A stretch of 64,000 nt of DNA from positions 1,174,954 to 1,238,953 of the forward strand of contig JAAOMT010000009.1 of assembly GCA_016748015.1 (NCBI GenBank). The letters run 5' to 3'. The first letter of the stretch is position 1. The number at the start of each line of letters is the position of its first letter. A model generated the notes under the pieces. The model worked only from the letters and a program-made list of their open reading frames with translations. It had not been told where the DNA came from and did not search any database. Positions 12,303-26,685 of the stretch are shown piece by piece. Source of the stretch: Geosiphon pyriformis uo1 (lineage: Eukaryota; Fungi; Glomeromycota). The translations under genes were made by a program, and so were the position numbers.

Positions 12303-15140
12303 ACAGTATTCTAAAAATTCTGTTTTTTAAGTATTATTAAATAATTAGATTGAGTATAAAAGTAATTAAGTCTTTGTTATACTGAATTTTAGAAAATTAG
12401 TTGGTTATTAGTATTAATTTTATTGTTATTTAAGAATTAATTTTAAAGAGCAAATTAATTTTACTGTATTTTTTTAGCAAATACTTAGTATTATTAAATA
12501 AACAATAGTTGTTAATATTATTGTTGACTTGGTTGTAAAGCAAACTGATAATAATTGTTTTAATATTAAGATTTTAGTAAATAATAGGCTAATAATAATA
12601 GTTAATAGTAAGACTGTTAAACTTAGAGATAATATTAATTATTTTTTTGCTGTTAGTCTTATTATAACTTTTGGCAAGCTTATTTTTAGTGTTCTAAAAT
12701 TCTACTATAATAACAGTTTTAAAATTAATTGTTAAATAATGATAGATAATTGTTTAAAGTATACTATTAAAGTAGTTAATATCTTTGTTGTTATTGTTGT
12801 TGTCAGTTAATGAAATAGTTTTTAACTTTTTTAATTAGTTGATTAATCTTTTTTTCAACTGCTAGGCTGGTTTTTTTAATGGCTAATTTAACAAGTTTAA
12901 TATAATTGGTTTTTTTTATAGCCATTTTATAGATTTTTATATGTTAAATAACTGTGGTTAAATCTTTAAAAACATATAAACAAACTTTTTTGATTAGTTT
13001 ATCCTTAGATTCAACAATAAATTGGTTTAAAATTTAAGCATTAAAATAGTAATTATTAATTTTTAACTGGCAATTTGTTAAAAAAGTTTATTAAATATTT
13101 TAAGATAAGTTATAACAGATTTAAAAGACTTTTGTTTAATATTTCAAACCCAATTTTAAAGAGTAATAAAGATATTGTTATTGGTAAACTGTTTTAAAAA
13201 AGCATTTTTAAATACTTATTAGTTTTTAAAGAGTTTGTTTAAGTTTTTAAACCATTTTTTTGTTGTTCTTTAGAGAAAATATAGAATTGTTTTAAGCATT
13301 TTTACTGTATTTTATCTATTTATATTTTCTGTTTTTAAAACTTTATTAAGCCATTTTTGAAGACTGGTATTAGCATTTTTTTTATAAATTTTAAGATTTT
13401 TATAATATATATAGCTGTTATTTTTTTATTTTCATTTTTGTTGGTTTTTTTTTGGTAAATTCAGAAATATTTTTTTTATTATTTAAGTTTTTAAAATAAT
13501 TACTTTGGCTTTTAGCTAAGTAGTTAAAAAGATTAACACTAATAGATATAAGTTCTGGCTATTAAATAAAACTTTTGAATAAAGTAAAATTTTCTAATCT
13601 TAAAAAACAAATAAGTAGAAAATTTGGTGTTTGTAATTATGTAAGTAAAATAAAGAATGGTGTGATTAAAAGTAATAATTTAATACTTGTTTTTTATTTA
13701 AGTGTTTGTAAATATTTGACAATTATCTTTGATGTATTGTGTATAGTATGATTAATTTATAGAGTTTTTTTTTGTTGCTATTTTTTGTTTCTAATTCTAA
13801 GTTAAAAAAAATTTGAATTGTACTGAGTATTTTTCTTTACAGCACTAAATAATGTTGAAATTAAGTTTTTAAAAGTAAGTATTGAGAATCTTGTTGTTGT
13901 AATCTTTGGTATTTATACCAAAATAATATAGTAAGTTTTTGTAAAAATTGTGTTTAATTTTTAAAATATTGTAGTCTTCAAAAAAATAATTGTTAATGTA
14001 ATTTTCAATATATTAGTAGAGTGTTTTCTTAAAATTTTTAATTCCATTCTGTATATTAAAATTTTTTTTGCAATGTATATAAATTGACCAATAATATTTT
14101 AAAGTAGCTGTGTCTGCTGAAGTTATTACATTGAAATTTGTTGTTATTATGTTATTTCTGTAAGAAAACACCAAATATTATTAAAGATTTTTGGTTTCTT
14201 TTTTTAAGTGTTTTTGTTGTTATTTTGCTGTTAATTTTTAATTATTAAAAGTTAATAAATCTTTAATAACTAAATTTATTTTCAAATTATTTTTTATAAT
14301 TTAAACTACTGAGTTTATAAATAAAATAACCAATTCTATACACATTTTTTGTATAGTTATTTTGCAGTAAAAATCAACTTTTTTCTAAGAAACGCTTATT
14401 TGGAAACTTATTATAAATATGTAATTACTTTGTTATAAAAGTCAATTTTTTTATAAAAATCTCATTTGTAAACTATTTTAATAATTTATAATAAAAAAAA
14501 ATAAAAAAAATGTAAAAAAAAAGAATTTTGTTATAAAAATTGTTTTCTGTTTAAGTCTAAAGCTATTAATAAATTACTAAAATTGATAACTAATTAATTT
14601 TAAAACATTAGTTGAAATTTAGAATATTTTAAGTAAAATAATTATAAATTTTATTGTTTTTAATATGGTTTTTATTGGAATAATTTGTAAAAATACTAAG
14701 AAAGATATTTTTAATAAAGATAATTCTAACTGAGATATATTTTCTTGAAAAAAAAAAGTTTTTTTTTATACAATTTGTTGTAGTACTAATCTTTAAACTT
14801 GTATTTTTCTCTTTGCTATTATTTTAACAAACTAAAAATATATTTTTATAAACTACAAATTGTTTTTACAAAATATAAATTATTTTAATAAACTATTAAA
14901 TTAATTTATGAAATTTTACAAATTTTGGCAAATTCTTAAATGTTATAAAGTTTAAGATATTGTGTAATTTAATTATTACAATTTGTATATTGTATTAATT
15001 AAATTATTAATTAAATAGTAATTTAAACAATTTGCTAAGATAATAAGTAATAAATTGAAATAATAATATATACTAATTAATGCTAAAAATTATAAAAATA
15101 ATTTTATGCTAAATTATGTTTCAAATTTTTATTGGTAACA
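12303..15140 (-). mobile_element. Truncated degenerate Ty3/Gypsy: family A 5' LTR (15140-14176), PBS-like TTTGGTG, eroded gag
   Basis: 14176-15140 is the reverse complement of 8582-9587 and is followed by TTTGGTGTTTTCTT; the downstream sequence resembles the eroded gag region of the 35284-46099 element. Confidence 0.75.
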
Positions 15141-15242
15141 ATATGACTAGATTTTTTTTATATAAAATTTTAGAATTATTAAAAGTAATTTCTAATAGAA
15201 AATTATATTTTTGTAGTAGTTAAAATAAAAATTGAAAAATAT

Positions 15243-16155
15243 TGTTACTTATAAAAAGTAAGAGTATTATAAAATTAGAAGAATAGCCAATCAGAAATAG
15301 ACATAGTAACAGAAGAATTCCAAAATTTCTCTAAGAGAATTTTAGGATTCCAGAATCTCAGAATCCCAAGATTCTTTATAAGAAATTGTAGAATTTCAGA
15401 ATTTTTTTAAAGAAATTGCAAAATTCCAGAAATCTTGTATAATACCAACTATAGATATATAGCAGTAGTGTTGGAAGCAAGAAATTCAGAATTCAGAACC
15501 CAGTTTTAGTTAGTATCTTCTTTTTTATCTATTAATTAACTTTCACTTTACAAATAGTCAATATTCACCAAAGTGAATTCATTAACAAAATATCAAATAA
15601 AACATACTTATTATTATCCAATCTATGTTATTATCATTTGTTTAAGCCACTAACCACTCTTCTATTTATTAATACTTTATGTTGATAATATTTAATACTT
15701 AATTATACTGGAATAATAGCTCTTAATTATGGCTATTGACAGAATACTAATTCTTTTTTTTTTTTTTTTGTATTTATTTTTGTAGTTGATTTACTAATTG
15801 ATTAAAAAAATTAATATACAGAGTACTGACATCAGGATATAACACTTGTAAAAGACCCAAAAATAAGAATAAACACTTAAAATTGAAGATAGCTTACCAA
15901 AAAATACTGGCCACCAAGCTGAAAAAAAAATTAATAGAATATAAATATTTCAGAAAGTGATGAACACCAAAGCATACCAACTTGAGAGTTGAAAAGAAAT
16001 TAAAAACATTACCAAAAGATATTACTATTGAATCTCTGTTTATTATATAAAAGACTTAACTAAAACTTTTAGATATTACCAATACATATCAACTATTAAA
16101 CACCAAGTTACAGGTTTGTTATTTGTTTTTATATTCTAAATAATCACTTGTAACA
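15243..16155 (+). mobile_element. Solo LTR (family B, U3 type 2)
   Basis: TGTTAC...GTAACA termini, TSD ATAT/GTAT, homologous to 45303-46099; GAATTCCAG-like short repeats. Confidence 0.8.
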
Positions 16156-17678
16156 GTATTTATAATATTTTTAAGTATATTTTTAATAATAAAATAAATA
16201 AAATAAATTATTTTTATATATAAAAATTAAAAAATTTTTTTAATAGTTTAATAATTTTGATTTTTTTAAATATTTTTGAAATTGTTTTAATTCTTTTTTA
16301 AATATTAATAGTAATAATTAAAATATGGTTAATTAAATTAATTGTTTCTTAGATAATGTTTGATAATTACTATTAGTACTAAGTTTTGTGAAATTTTGTT
16401 AAAAAACACAATTAGTATATATATTCTTAATTTAAATATTAACAGATCAAATAATTATTATTAATAGTAAATTTTTAATTAGTTATTATGTACAACTTTC
16501 TTCAAAAATTTTTCACTTAGACATAATTTATATGTTTTATTATTTAAGATATTATGAATATAAAAGAATCTGTCTTATTTATTATTAAATTTTATACTTT
16601 ATTGTTTTTTTGTTTTTATTTAATATAATAAAACTTTGTCTTTTATTTTGTAGATAATAGATTGTTTTAAGAGTTTTTTATTGTGTCAAGCTTTCTGTTG
16701 TTTTTGGAAGTACTTAATATTATTAGTTGTATATTAATAATTGTTTTCTAGTTTTTCTAGCAGTTTGTAAGTTTATTTTTTAATAGTTTTTTCTAAGTTG
16801 CTCTTATTTATTAGTTTTATTAAGTAAATGTTTATTATTAATTTTATTAATAACATAGTATTTTTTCTGTATGCTAATTTATAATGTCTTGTTTTACTGT
16901 TTAATAAGTCAATAAAACTAAAAAGATAATTAAGTTCTATTATTTTATTGTTTATTTTTGCAAGAAATTTACATAGTATTTTATTAAAATATTTTAATAA
17001 TTCATTTGTTTATGAATGATAAAATGATAAAAAAGGTTATTTTATTTCAAAATATTGGGTAATTTTAATAAGCAAATTATTTACAAGATAAGTTTTTTGA
17101 TTTAGAAATAGCTGTTTTAGACAGTTATATTTACAAATCAAATCTTTATACACAAAATTAGCAATTAATTTAACATTTGTGGTTTTAATAGTCTTTGCTT
17201 CTGGCTATTTTGTTAAGAGTTTATTGTAATTATAATGTATTAATTCTCTTTAGTGGTAATAGTTAGTAGTTCTACTAGATTAATTTCTATTCTATTAAAT
17301 AGTTTTCTTATTTTAATAGATTTTAATAGATTTTAATAGTTCAGTTACTCTTTATTCTCTTTTTTTTAAATATATATTGTGGTTGCAAATGTATTAAATA
17401 ATATTAGTCTGTATTTTTGACCAGTAGTACAAATTAATTATCTATTAAATTGTGGTTTTTTTTGTAAAATGCTTTATATTCAAATCGAAATACATATTAT
17501 AAAGAATAATTTCTTTTTTATTTTTAGTAATTATTTTAAATAAATTTTTTTTTTATTATGTTTAACAAGTGAGGTCCAAACACTACCTAGAACTATACAT
17601 CAATAAAATGATATAAACTAGGCATGAATCATGCACTTAACCACATATGACCAGCCACTCGAGCCAGTCAGGACAACA

Positions 17679-20600
17679 CTATGCAACTATATTAACAGAA
17701 ACCATGTTACCAATACCCGAAAAAAACAAACAAGACTTATGAAAGCCAAAAAGAATGTCAAAGGCTTCAGTAACACCAAGCAATTTAATCACACTAGGTG
17801 ACAACCTCGAAACTGAACCAAAAATTGGGATGGGAATAGATCCATCTGCTGGGATCAGGCCATTCTTTTTCATAAAAGCACAATACTTGGTATGGACCAA
17901 CCAAATATCATTCCTAAAAGCAGAGCATAGAGAGCACATAAAATCAGTAATTTTAACATCAGCAATCTTGGGATCATGGAAGACAGTAACAGCCTCCTGA
18001 AGCCATCCATTGAAAACAAAACCCTTGTAAAGAGCCGAAGAGACCAGCAAATCTGAAGCACAGGTTAACATTAACTGCAACACAATTGAAGAGGAAAGAA
18101 AGAGCCCAGAAAGTAACCTCCAATAAGACATGTAGGATTCCAGAACCTGATGACAAGCTGAATCATCAATTGCACAAGAAAACACATGATCAGAAATCTC
18201 TACCTCACCACAATACAGACATATGACACTAGGGTAACATTTATTGTAAATACACTTCCGGACAGCCACAGGAAACTGATGGTGCAAAGCCTTCATAAAA
18301 TAAGTATGAGTATCAGCTGTAAGCCTACTAGTAAAACCAGTGGCCATATTCAAATCAGGATGCCAAACCCTAGAAGAGCTGAGCCAGTCAACATCTGAAC
18401 ACAAACTATTAGCCAGAAATCCAGAACCAGAATCAACCTCCCAGTGTGCATGACAAACTACATGATAAACATTTCAAACAAAGTGTCTAGAATTACCAGA
18501 AACAACACCACTATCTGCCAATAAAAAGTGTCCATCCATGCAAGAAGGAAAATACCAACCAGATAGAGATGTAGCATCAGTGATGTTATCAGCACAGTCA
18601 TTCCCTAAGATGCTGGAGTGGCCCTTAACTTTGTGCCAACTAACTCTCAAATTCTTACTGTGGATAACATTCTGAATATGCTGATACTTGACCCAACATC
18701 GATTGCAAAAGTTAGGGCACACCAGACTTAACTCAGATCTACAAGCATCTAAAACTGCTTAACTATCTGAAAACAAATCAATAGAACAAACTGTAGGCAC
18801 ACACTCCAAAGCCAATGCTATAGCCTGTAATTCTGCTAAAGTAAATAACACTAAACTCTAAACACTGACATCCAAACCCAAATCAATGTCCTTAAAAAAA
18901 ACAGCAGCCTCAGCTCTACAATCAACTGTACCCAAATTCTTCAAAGAATCATCCATATATACAGACAAACTATTGATGTCAACCTGGGAAAGACAACCAT
19001 GGGCAGTCACAAAATCATTAAACTCACAAAAGTTAAGAGGACCAGCACCAACTGAGGCTGTGGAAGACAAATAAGAAGTCATAAGAAATGCAACAGAAAG
19101 TTCAAACCATTCAAGAACTGGGCCATGAAGATCCAGTCTCTTTCACCACTTGAAAGTGCACCAGCTAAAAACAATGCCATGACAATCACGAAGCTGATCC
19201 ATGAAGGCAATGCTAAAATGCTGGAGAGAAAGTAAAAACTTAAAAAACAAAGACTTGCCAAGAACGATAAACATAGGAATCCTGTTACAAAACTGAAAAG
19301 CACTGGCCAAAAAGCCACCCAAAGACAAATTGCAATTAAGGAGAATGTGAACCATACCAGCCAAGAAATTATTAGAAACACTAACACAAATATGAACAGA
19401 AAAGATCAATGGGTAAATGGGCTGCCAACACAGAACCTGTAAGTCATGTAACTTGTGACTGAACAGATGCCCCAAGATTCTGCCAGAGTTTGCAAAACTA
19501 ATAAGCAAAGCTACTTTACTTTCAGATTGACACTGTGAAAATGATTTTAAACCATAAAAAGAGGGATGGTGAATAGTATTACTGGGAAAATTCATTGGAA
19601 GACCAGCTTTTAGCTTCAAGCTCTTGCGAATCAGAGCATTCCATTTATTGCACACACCAATAGGAATATTGCTGAACTGCATTCTGTAGCTGATTATGGG
19701 ATGGCAAACTGCTGACACCAGATATAAGAACTGCTTATCTGAAACCACCTTTCTTAGAACTAAATTAGTAAAGAAATGAATGTCTGAATGTGCTTTAGCC
19801 AAGCTAGGCCTTGAAAGACCCTTAGTTGACAAAAAAATACCGAGATACCAATGAGGTTCCTTTCTACAGACAACAGAAATAGGTGAACCACTAATAAAAA
19901 GAGACAGAACACTGACCCTGCTGTTGATTGGAATGGCCACAATTTTGTCATTATTAATTGAAATGTTATTGACTCAAAAAAATTCACTAGCAACATTGAA
20001 AATATGCTGAGTAGCAACCTAACTGCTACCAACCCAAATAGTATCATCAACAAAAGCACCAGCAGCAAAGAAAGTAAAAAATCCAGCCTGAGACTCAATG
20101 TGACCACTCCCAGAAACAAAATGAGAATTGAGCCTATAACTACACATACTCTCTTAATGCTTGACTTCACACAAAAGAGGATCATAAAATATGCACCACA
20201 GCAGAGGGGAAAAAACTTCACTTTGGTCCAATCCATCAAACACCTGGTAACTATCTGTCAAACCAAAATCTGTCATGACACAGTTGGTTCAGTTCCTATG
20301 AATACTACCAAAAAAGCAAACAAATTTACTACATATTTTGATTCTGACCAAGCTCTTCTCAAGGTGCTTCCAGCCAACTGAATCATACGCCTTCCGCATG
20401 TTCTGCAGAACAAGCCAAAGTTCCCAGTTTTTTTTCAAAATATTCTCAATTACTGAGCCAACCACAAAAATAGGAGACTGAGTTGTTGTACTCTTTAGAA
20501 CTGAAAAATTGTCACCACGCAGAACATTATATGAGCTGCAAGCCAGTGAGATCCTATCTGAAAGAATCTTGGATAAAATCTTGTAAGCTGTTTCAATCAA

Positions 20601-22298
20601 GGCAATAGAATGAGTATTTGTGAAAACACCTTCTCACTCATAAAGTTTGGGAATCATTGAAACCCAAGCTTCCTTCCAAGGACCAGACATCAACTCACAA
20701 GACAAACAAGAATTCAAAAAAACCAAAAGCAAACCCAAAACCGACTTATTACAATGTTTCTAAAGCTCATTAGAGATGCCCGAGAGACCAGCAGCTTTCC
20801 CATCTAAAAGATTGGTTATCACATAATGCAACTCATCAAAATCAATTTCACTCATCACCTCAAAAAAAGCATCATCAAAGACATAGTCCAAAGATTGATA
20901 TTGATGAGACCAAGTATCAGAGATATCATCAACCACTACATGCTTTTTGGTCCATCCTTCCATGATAGCATCCATCTTGGACTTAACCAAATCAGGTTCA
21001 AGAACCATTGTCCATGACCAGATGGTCCAAAACCACTTTGCAAAAGAGACATTCTAACACACTTCTGATTGTACAACCCTTATTCAGTTTAAAACTCTCT
21101 ATCCTATTGATAATAGCCTGCCTAATGTGAGATTTTTTAGCACGCTTGGACTCCAGCAATTTAGAAGAGCGGTATAACTTCCTTGTTTTGGCCAGAGCAG
21201 AACAAATGTCATCAAATTTAGCATTAGAAAAAAACATAGATTTTACTGTTGAAGCACCAGCAGAGTCAAGGTTGTCCCATAGACCCAAAAGCAAAGCAAA
21301 ACTGACACTAGAACTCAAATGAAAAGCCTTCACCAGCTTAGAAACTAACAGTTCTAGCTTATGAAACCTAGACGACACTTTATTGTAAACTGTATCAAAA
21401 TCTTTAAACCATCTTTTCTTGAAAGCACCACTAGCTGAAAGAATCATGATCTTATGAATAATGTCCCACATAGTGTCAAGATCAGAAAACTTTACAGCAA
21501 CACCAAACGCACCTGAAAACATAGTAGTGTTAGCAGTCATAGCATCCTTAAACTCAAGCCATTTAGTCTTACTGGTATTTTTGACATCAAATTTCCAATA
21601 ATCTTTATTCATCTGCTTGCGAAGAGAAAACAAACATGTATCTAATAAACTGTTCAGGCTCACAGACACAGACACAGCCTGGTGGTCTGTATCAAAATAT
21701 TCACTGACGTCTGAAACACTGCGATGTACTAAAGAATTAACCAGATTTGGTGAAACAAACACATAATCAATAGTTTTCATAACACCCTTAGAATTTGTTC
21801 AAGTGGGCATCTTAATGGCCAGGCTTCCAATTAAAGAGTTAACCAACCCCAACTCAAGGCACTTTTTGAAACTCACATACTTTTAAAAACCATCTTCATT
21901 AAAATCACCACCAAAGACAACAAAAAAAGACTCATTAATGGCTTTAGCAATAAGAGAGTTGATTTCACCAGCCTGAGAAAACCGAACCACTGATAAAGCA
22001 CCAGCATAGAGCCCCAAAATAGACACTGAAAGTTTATTTTTGAAAAGCAACTTGATGGATAGGAGCCAACCAGGCACCTTAGAGACCTTGCAGATATGTT
22101 TTGCTAAAGAAAAATTCATAATGATCAACACACCAGCATCCAAAAAACCAGAATCCAGACCAGAAGTAAAAACCCAAACACCATCAAATTTGTCGGTCAA
22201 CCATGGGTGAACTTTCTCTTTAAGTTTCGACTCTGTAAAAATAGAAACCAAATTGTTCATATCCTTGTGCCAATAAATGACATCATCTTGCTTCGCAG
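17679..22298 (-). pseudogene. LINE ORF2 (endonuclease/RT/RNase H) with stops and frameshifts; N-terminal codons lie at 30093-30151
   Basis: ORF fragments 21883-22332, 20998-21780, 20289-20600, 19143-19940, 18474-18722, 17679-18404. Confidence 0.9.
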
Positions 22299-23156
22299 TA
22301 TTACAGTTTAAGAATTTAGAAAAAAGAATCATAAAAATAATACAAACTATTCAATCATAATATAGCACAGTAATAATCTTAGAAAGATAATGATTAACAT
22401 AGTAGCAAACACCATCTCGCGATAGTGGCAAGCACCAGTTCACAATAGCAGCCAACACCAATTGGTAATAGCAGCAAACACCAGGTTGAAATATCAAAAA
22501 GAAAGTATTTTCTCGTAGAACTACAAACATGTATATATACAGTAGTTTTAATATTGGAAAATAAAAAAATCAAGTAATAAAAATCATAACTTATCAAGCA
22601 ATAGATCCAATTTTATCCAACAAACTCCACTTTAAATCATACTTTCAAATTAAATATCCCAAGAAACCTTTAAAAATCAAAAAGAAATATTTAAAACTGA
22701 ACTATCACAACCCAAAGTATTAAGAAACTTACTTGTATTATTTATTGAATGAAACTATTATTCATCAACTGAAACCCTTGGAAGAATAATCCTTGATCAA
22801 GATTATTCACGTTGTTACTAATTGATAAAAGCTTTATTGTGAGAATTAAAAAAGCACTAAAGACCATTAACATTCTGTGTTTCTAGATTAGAGAAACACA
22901 TCAGGCAATTGCAAGGATAGCCTCAGAAAAGACCCCAGACAGTGGGTAGATTTCAGTTTAGTCTCTGAAAAGGAGTACATAAACACACACAACAATCAAG
23001 AATTAAAGAATAACTTACATCACAACAGTAAAAAGAAAGCCTTCAGTGTAACAGTGACATTATCACACAAATAGAATTGAGGAACTCACAAAAGACTAAT
23101 TGCAATTAAAGTGGGATATCAGCAATTAAATATAACAAGAAAACCATCCCGTAACA
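22299..23156 (+). repeat. 5' LTR (858 bp)
   Basis: T(A)TTACAG...CCCGTAACA, direct repeat of 29344-30092. Confidence 0.95.
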
Positions 23157-23238
23157 TTTGGTGAACCTTACAAGGAAAGAAAATCAAAAAGGAAATAATA
23201 ATTAGCAATAATTCATTGCTAAAAAGGAAAAGACAAAA

Positions 23239-25938
23239 GTGGTGACAAAAACCCCTAATCTTACTGTTCTTGAATTCTGCCGTGCTATTTACACACAAAA
23301 TCAAAGTAATCTTGGATTACCAGAAGGGTGTTGTCCAGCAGAATCTGCTCTCACTTATTATATCAACGCCAGAATAAATTATCATATAGGAAAGGAAGAA
23401 GAACCACACGATGCAAAACTTGGATTGTATAGAGAATTATCACAATACACTACAAAAGAAGTAGCAGTAATAGCCGTAACTATTGTCAAAATCTATCGAG
23501 AAATTGAGCAATATGCCAATGAAAATTTTCCAATATCCACAGGAAACACTAGGGAACGCGCCAACAAAACCAAAAAAAATTTAGAAACTAATCAGGAAAA
23601 TAACCAGCAAAAACTAGAAACACCAGCTCAAACGCCAAAGAAAACTGTCACTCAATCAATAAAGAAACAACGTATTTATTCACTAGAAGATAAATCATAC
23701 CATTTTTCACCAGAAAATAAGATACAAATTCCATTAGGAGCTGCATCATCATCAACATCAACTCCACAAACGCCAAAAACTCCTAGTTATATTGATAAAA
23801 TTAAACAACGTAACTGGGGAGACATACCAATTACAGGAGGATATTCATCACTATTCCAAAACCCTCTTTTTCAGCCAAAATTTAGAACGGGGTTTGAAAA
23901 CCGTGAAGAGGAGTCTGAATCAGAATCCAAAAAAGAGACCAGCGAAAAAACAATCACAAGACCAGTCACTGAAACAAGCAGCCAGTCCAGAAACCAAGAA
24001 ACTCGTGATCAAGAGGAAGAACCGGATATAAGGGAAGCCACCTTTAGGAACGCTCAAGGAAATATCATCCCACCTCCTCTTAGACCAATAAACCCACCAG
24101 CAGAAAATGGCAACGAAATGACCACACCATACATTGCAAGACTAACAGATTTCTCAGGAGAGGAAGAAGAAACGGACGTGCACACATGGCTCAGAGAAGC
24201 ACAAAAAGCCATCCAGGCAAATAACTGGAACGACCAAAGAGCAATTCAAACATTACCTTTCTTCCTAAAAGGCACAGCTGACTCGTGGTATCAAAGCCTG
24301 GAAACAAAACCCATGAGCTTCGCCGAATTTAAAAATGCACTCCTGGAGTATTTTAGCGACCCAAACGCCGTAATCCAACTACAGAACAAATTCAATACTA
24401 TCAAGCAAAATACCGGTGAAACTGTCACCCAATACCTTGCTCGATTCAATCGAATTTGCCATCAGATTGAAGCGATTGAACAAGGATACTACACTGATCC
24501 TCAGGTTTTAAATCAGTTTATTAGAGGATTAAAAAGCAGCATTTTAGGAAGAGTATGCCCTGCCCACCCTAATTCCTTACCAGAAGCCATTACGCTCGCC
24601 AGAGCCCTTGAATCGGCTGAAAAAGAAGCTAACCATAGTCAAATGGTTAACATGGTAATGGAGGAAAATAAGACAGAAACATTAGAGAAAAGAGTAACGC
24701 AATTAGGGGAGGAACTCTCTAAGAAAATAGAAAGTTACCTCATCCCGGATCTGAGAAAAAATACATACCAACCACTCCAAAGACGCAGCCAGGAAGTCAG
24801 CAACAGTCGAAATAATCGCCTGTCGCGCCAGGAATTCAGAACAGAAACACGCGCCTGCCATTTTTGCAAACGCGTAGGACATTTGATTAGTCAATGTCGA
24901 ACGCGAATGATGCAGGAAGCACGTGAAAATAATTACTACACGCCACCCCAAATGCCCAGAAACCAGTACATGCCAATACCACGCCAATATCCCACCACGT
25001 ATCAAAATCAAGGAGCTTACCAGCAACAGCCCATGATAGCCAACCCGAATTGGCGTCCCGAGGCCCGAAATCAGCCCATGTGGAACCAGAACGCGTTGGT
25101 CCAGAGGAATCCAAACCGCGCTGGAACCAATCAGCAAACCAATCCAAACTACCAAAATTATCAACAAACTTACCTTAATATACCGGAAAACCTGATCATC
25201 GGAAACAATAACAGTAGAAACATAAACAGAACCAAGAATTCCTCCAAATTGAGCCAGACAATACCACCAGCAGTTGCCACCGAAGATAGCAGTCTCACAG
25301 CTATTTTTCCTTTTGAATTAGAGGAAAACGAGGCTATGTTCAGTGGAGTAGCATTGGACAAAAAATGCCCAATCACTGCTATGTATACGGAAGCCACTAT
25401 AAACAATACCCCAATCAAACTTATCTTAGACAGTGGATCCACTGGAAGCATCGTAACGCTTCAACTAGTAAACCAACTGGGTTTCAAAGTTGATCGTGCT
25501 GCGACGTCCCAAATCATAACAGCTGATGGAAGTACAAAGCTGCCTTATGGCGAAATCAACTCATTCCCTTTCAAAATTAACGGCATAGTAATACCTACAA
25601 AAGTATTAGTAATGGACGCTACACAATATCAAGCATTAGTAGGGAATGACTGGCTAACAAAAGCCAACGCCACCCTAGACTGGACCACCCAAGAGCTTCT
25701 GATCAATTATAATGGCCACCAGGCCAAAATTCCAGCCACCTGTGGCCACTTCCAAAAACCCAGCGCCAACCAAAGACCTACCTTCGAATTTGAGGAAAAT
25801 CCAGCACTACCAGCCATCAAAACCTATCAGCTCTCTTGGGCTGATGACCAAAGAACAGGACTACCAGCCGTACCAATGTGGACCAGCGAAGAAAGATCTG
25901 AATGGAACCAGGTAAGTTCACAAAGAAACCACCAGTGA
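23239..25938 (+). CDS. gag: Gypsy Gag (capsid, CCHC knuckle) plus aspartic protease; the stop at the end is probably a mutated sense codon
   Basis: FSGEEE..WL, LKGTADSWY, QFIRGL, CHFCKRVGHLISQC, LILDSGS, ALVGNDWL. Confidence 0.92.
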   Translation: MVTKTPNLTVLEFCRAIYTQNQSNLGLPEGCCPAESALTYYINARINYHIGKEEEPHDAKLGLYRELSQYTTKEVAVIAVTIVKIYREIEQYANENFPISTGNTRERANKTKKNLETNQENNQQKLETPAQTPKKTVTQSIKKQRIYSLEDKSYHFSPENKIQIPLGAASSSTSTPQTPKTPSYIDKIKQRNWGDIPITGGYSSLFQNPLFQPKFRTGFENREEESESESKKETSEKTITRPVTETSSQSRNQETRDQEEEPDIREATFRNAQGNIIPPPLRPINPPAENGNEMTTPYIARLTDFSGEEEETDVHTWLREAQKAIQANNWNDQRAIQTLPFFLKGTADSWYQSLETKPMSFAEFKNALLEYFSDPNAVIQLQNKFNTIKQNTGETVTQYLARFNRICHQIEAIEQGYYTDPQVLNQFIRGLKSSILGRVCPAHPNSLPEAITLARALESAEKEANHSQMVNMVMEENKTETLEKRVTQLGEELSKKIESYLIPDLRKNTYQPLQRRSQEVSNSRNNRLSRQEFRTETRACHFCKRVGHLISQCRTRMMQEARENNYYTPPQMPRNQYMPIPRQYPTTYQNQGAYQQQPMIANPNWRPEARNQPMWNQNALVQRNPNRAGTNQQTNPNYQNYQQTYLNIPENLIIGNNNSRNINRTKNSSKLSQTIPPAVATEDSSLTAIFPFELEENEAMFSGVALDKKCPITAMYTEATINNTPIKLILDSGSTGSIVTLQLVNQLGFKVDRAATSQIITADGSTKLPYGEINSFPFKINGIVIPTKVLVMDATQYQALVGNDWLTKANATLDWTTQELLINYNGHQAKIPATCGHFQKPSANQRPTFEFEENPALPAIKTYQLSWADDQRTGLPAVPMWTSEERSEWNQVSSQRNHQ

Positions 25939-26685
25939 CGCAGACCAAAGCTAGAATGCTTGGTTTGCAAGAAGAAACTCTCGTCTATGACTGCGTGCAG
26001 CACACCGGACGAAGACCCAAAAAACCCCACCCACTACTATTGTAACCGTTGTAACAAAGAAAAATACAGTTACCCAGAAAGACACGGAAAATGGGACGAG
26101 GAACCGTGCCTCGTTTGTGGAGAACCGTTACCAAGAGGGTGCGACTGGAACGACTTACCAGGCAGAGGAGGAACGTGTGATGCAACTTGCCAATACACAA
26201 TCCTCATCTGTGACTGGGTAAGAGGAGGAATGCCGTTCAAAGCAGCGTTCAACAGAGCGTTAAAAAGACTACAGCACTACCCACACGACAAGGACGAGTT
26301 GTACAACACCGCACAAGCCAAAGTAAGAGGAAGAACCGCCGAAGAAATATGACATTGGAAAGAGTCAGCTGAAGTAGCCAACGAAGTCGCCAGCTACAAC
26401 ATGTTCGACCCAGTAGACGAATTTCAGGACTACTACCAACAACTATGCCCCACTCGACAAGAGCAAGAACAATACCTCGCCCAAATCAACACTTACCTCT
26501 GCGAAAACTGTCTCATCTCATGCCAAAGTCAGTGCTGTGAAGAGTGTCAAGACGAAAGGGACTTAGAAAGAAAAATGGAAATTGAGAATCAGCAGTCTCA
26601 AAATCAATCAATAAATCAACAAGACTCACCTGACGGTCCCAAGTCAGAAAAATTTGTAGCCTATACCGACCTAGAACAGGTGACT

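Noticed and set aside
9918-12735. Short K/I/N/L/F-rich ORFs in AT-rich DNA (also 37945-38540)
   Set aside because: Products of AT-eroded TE or pseudogene sequence; no credible intact gene
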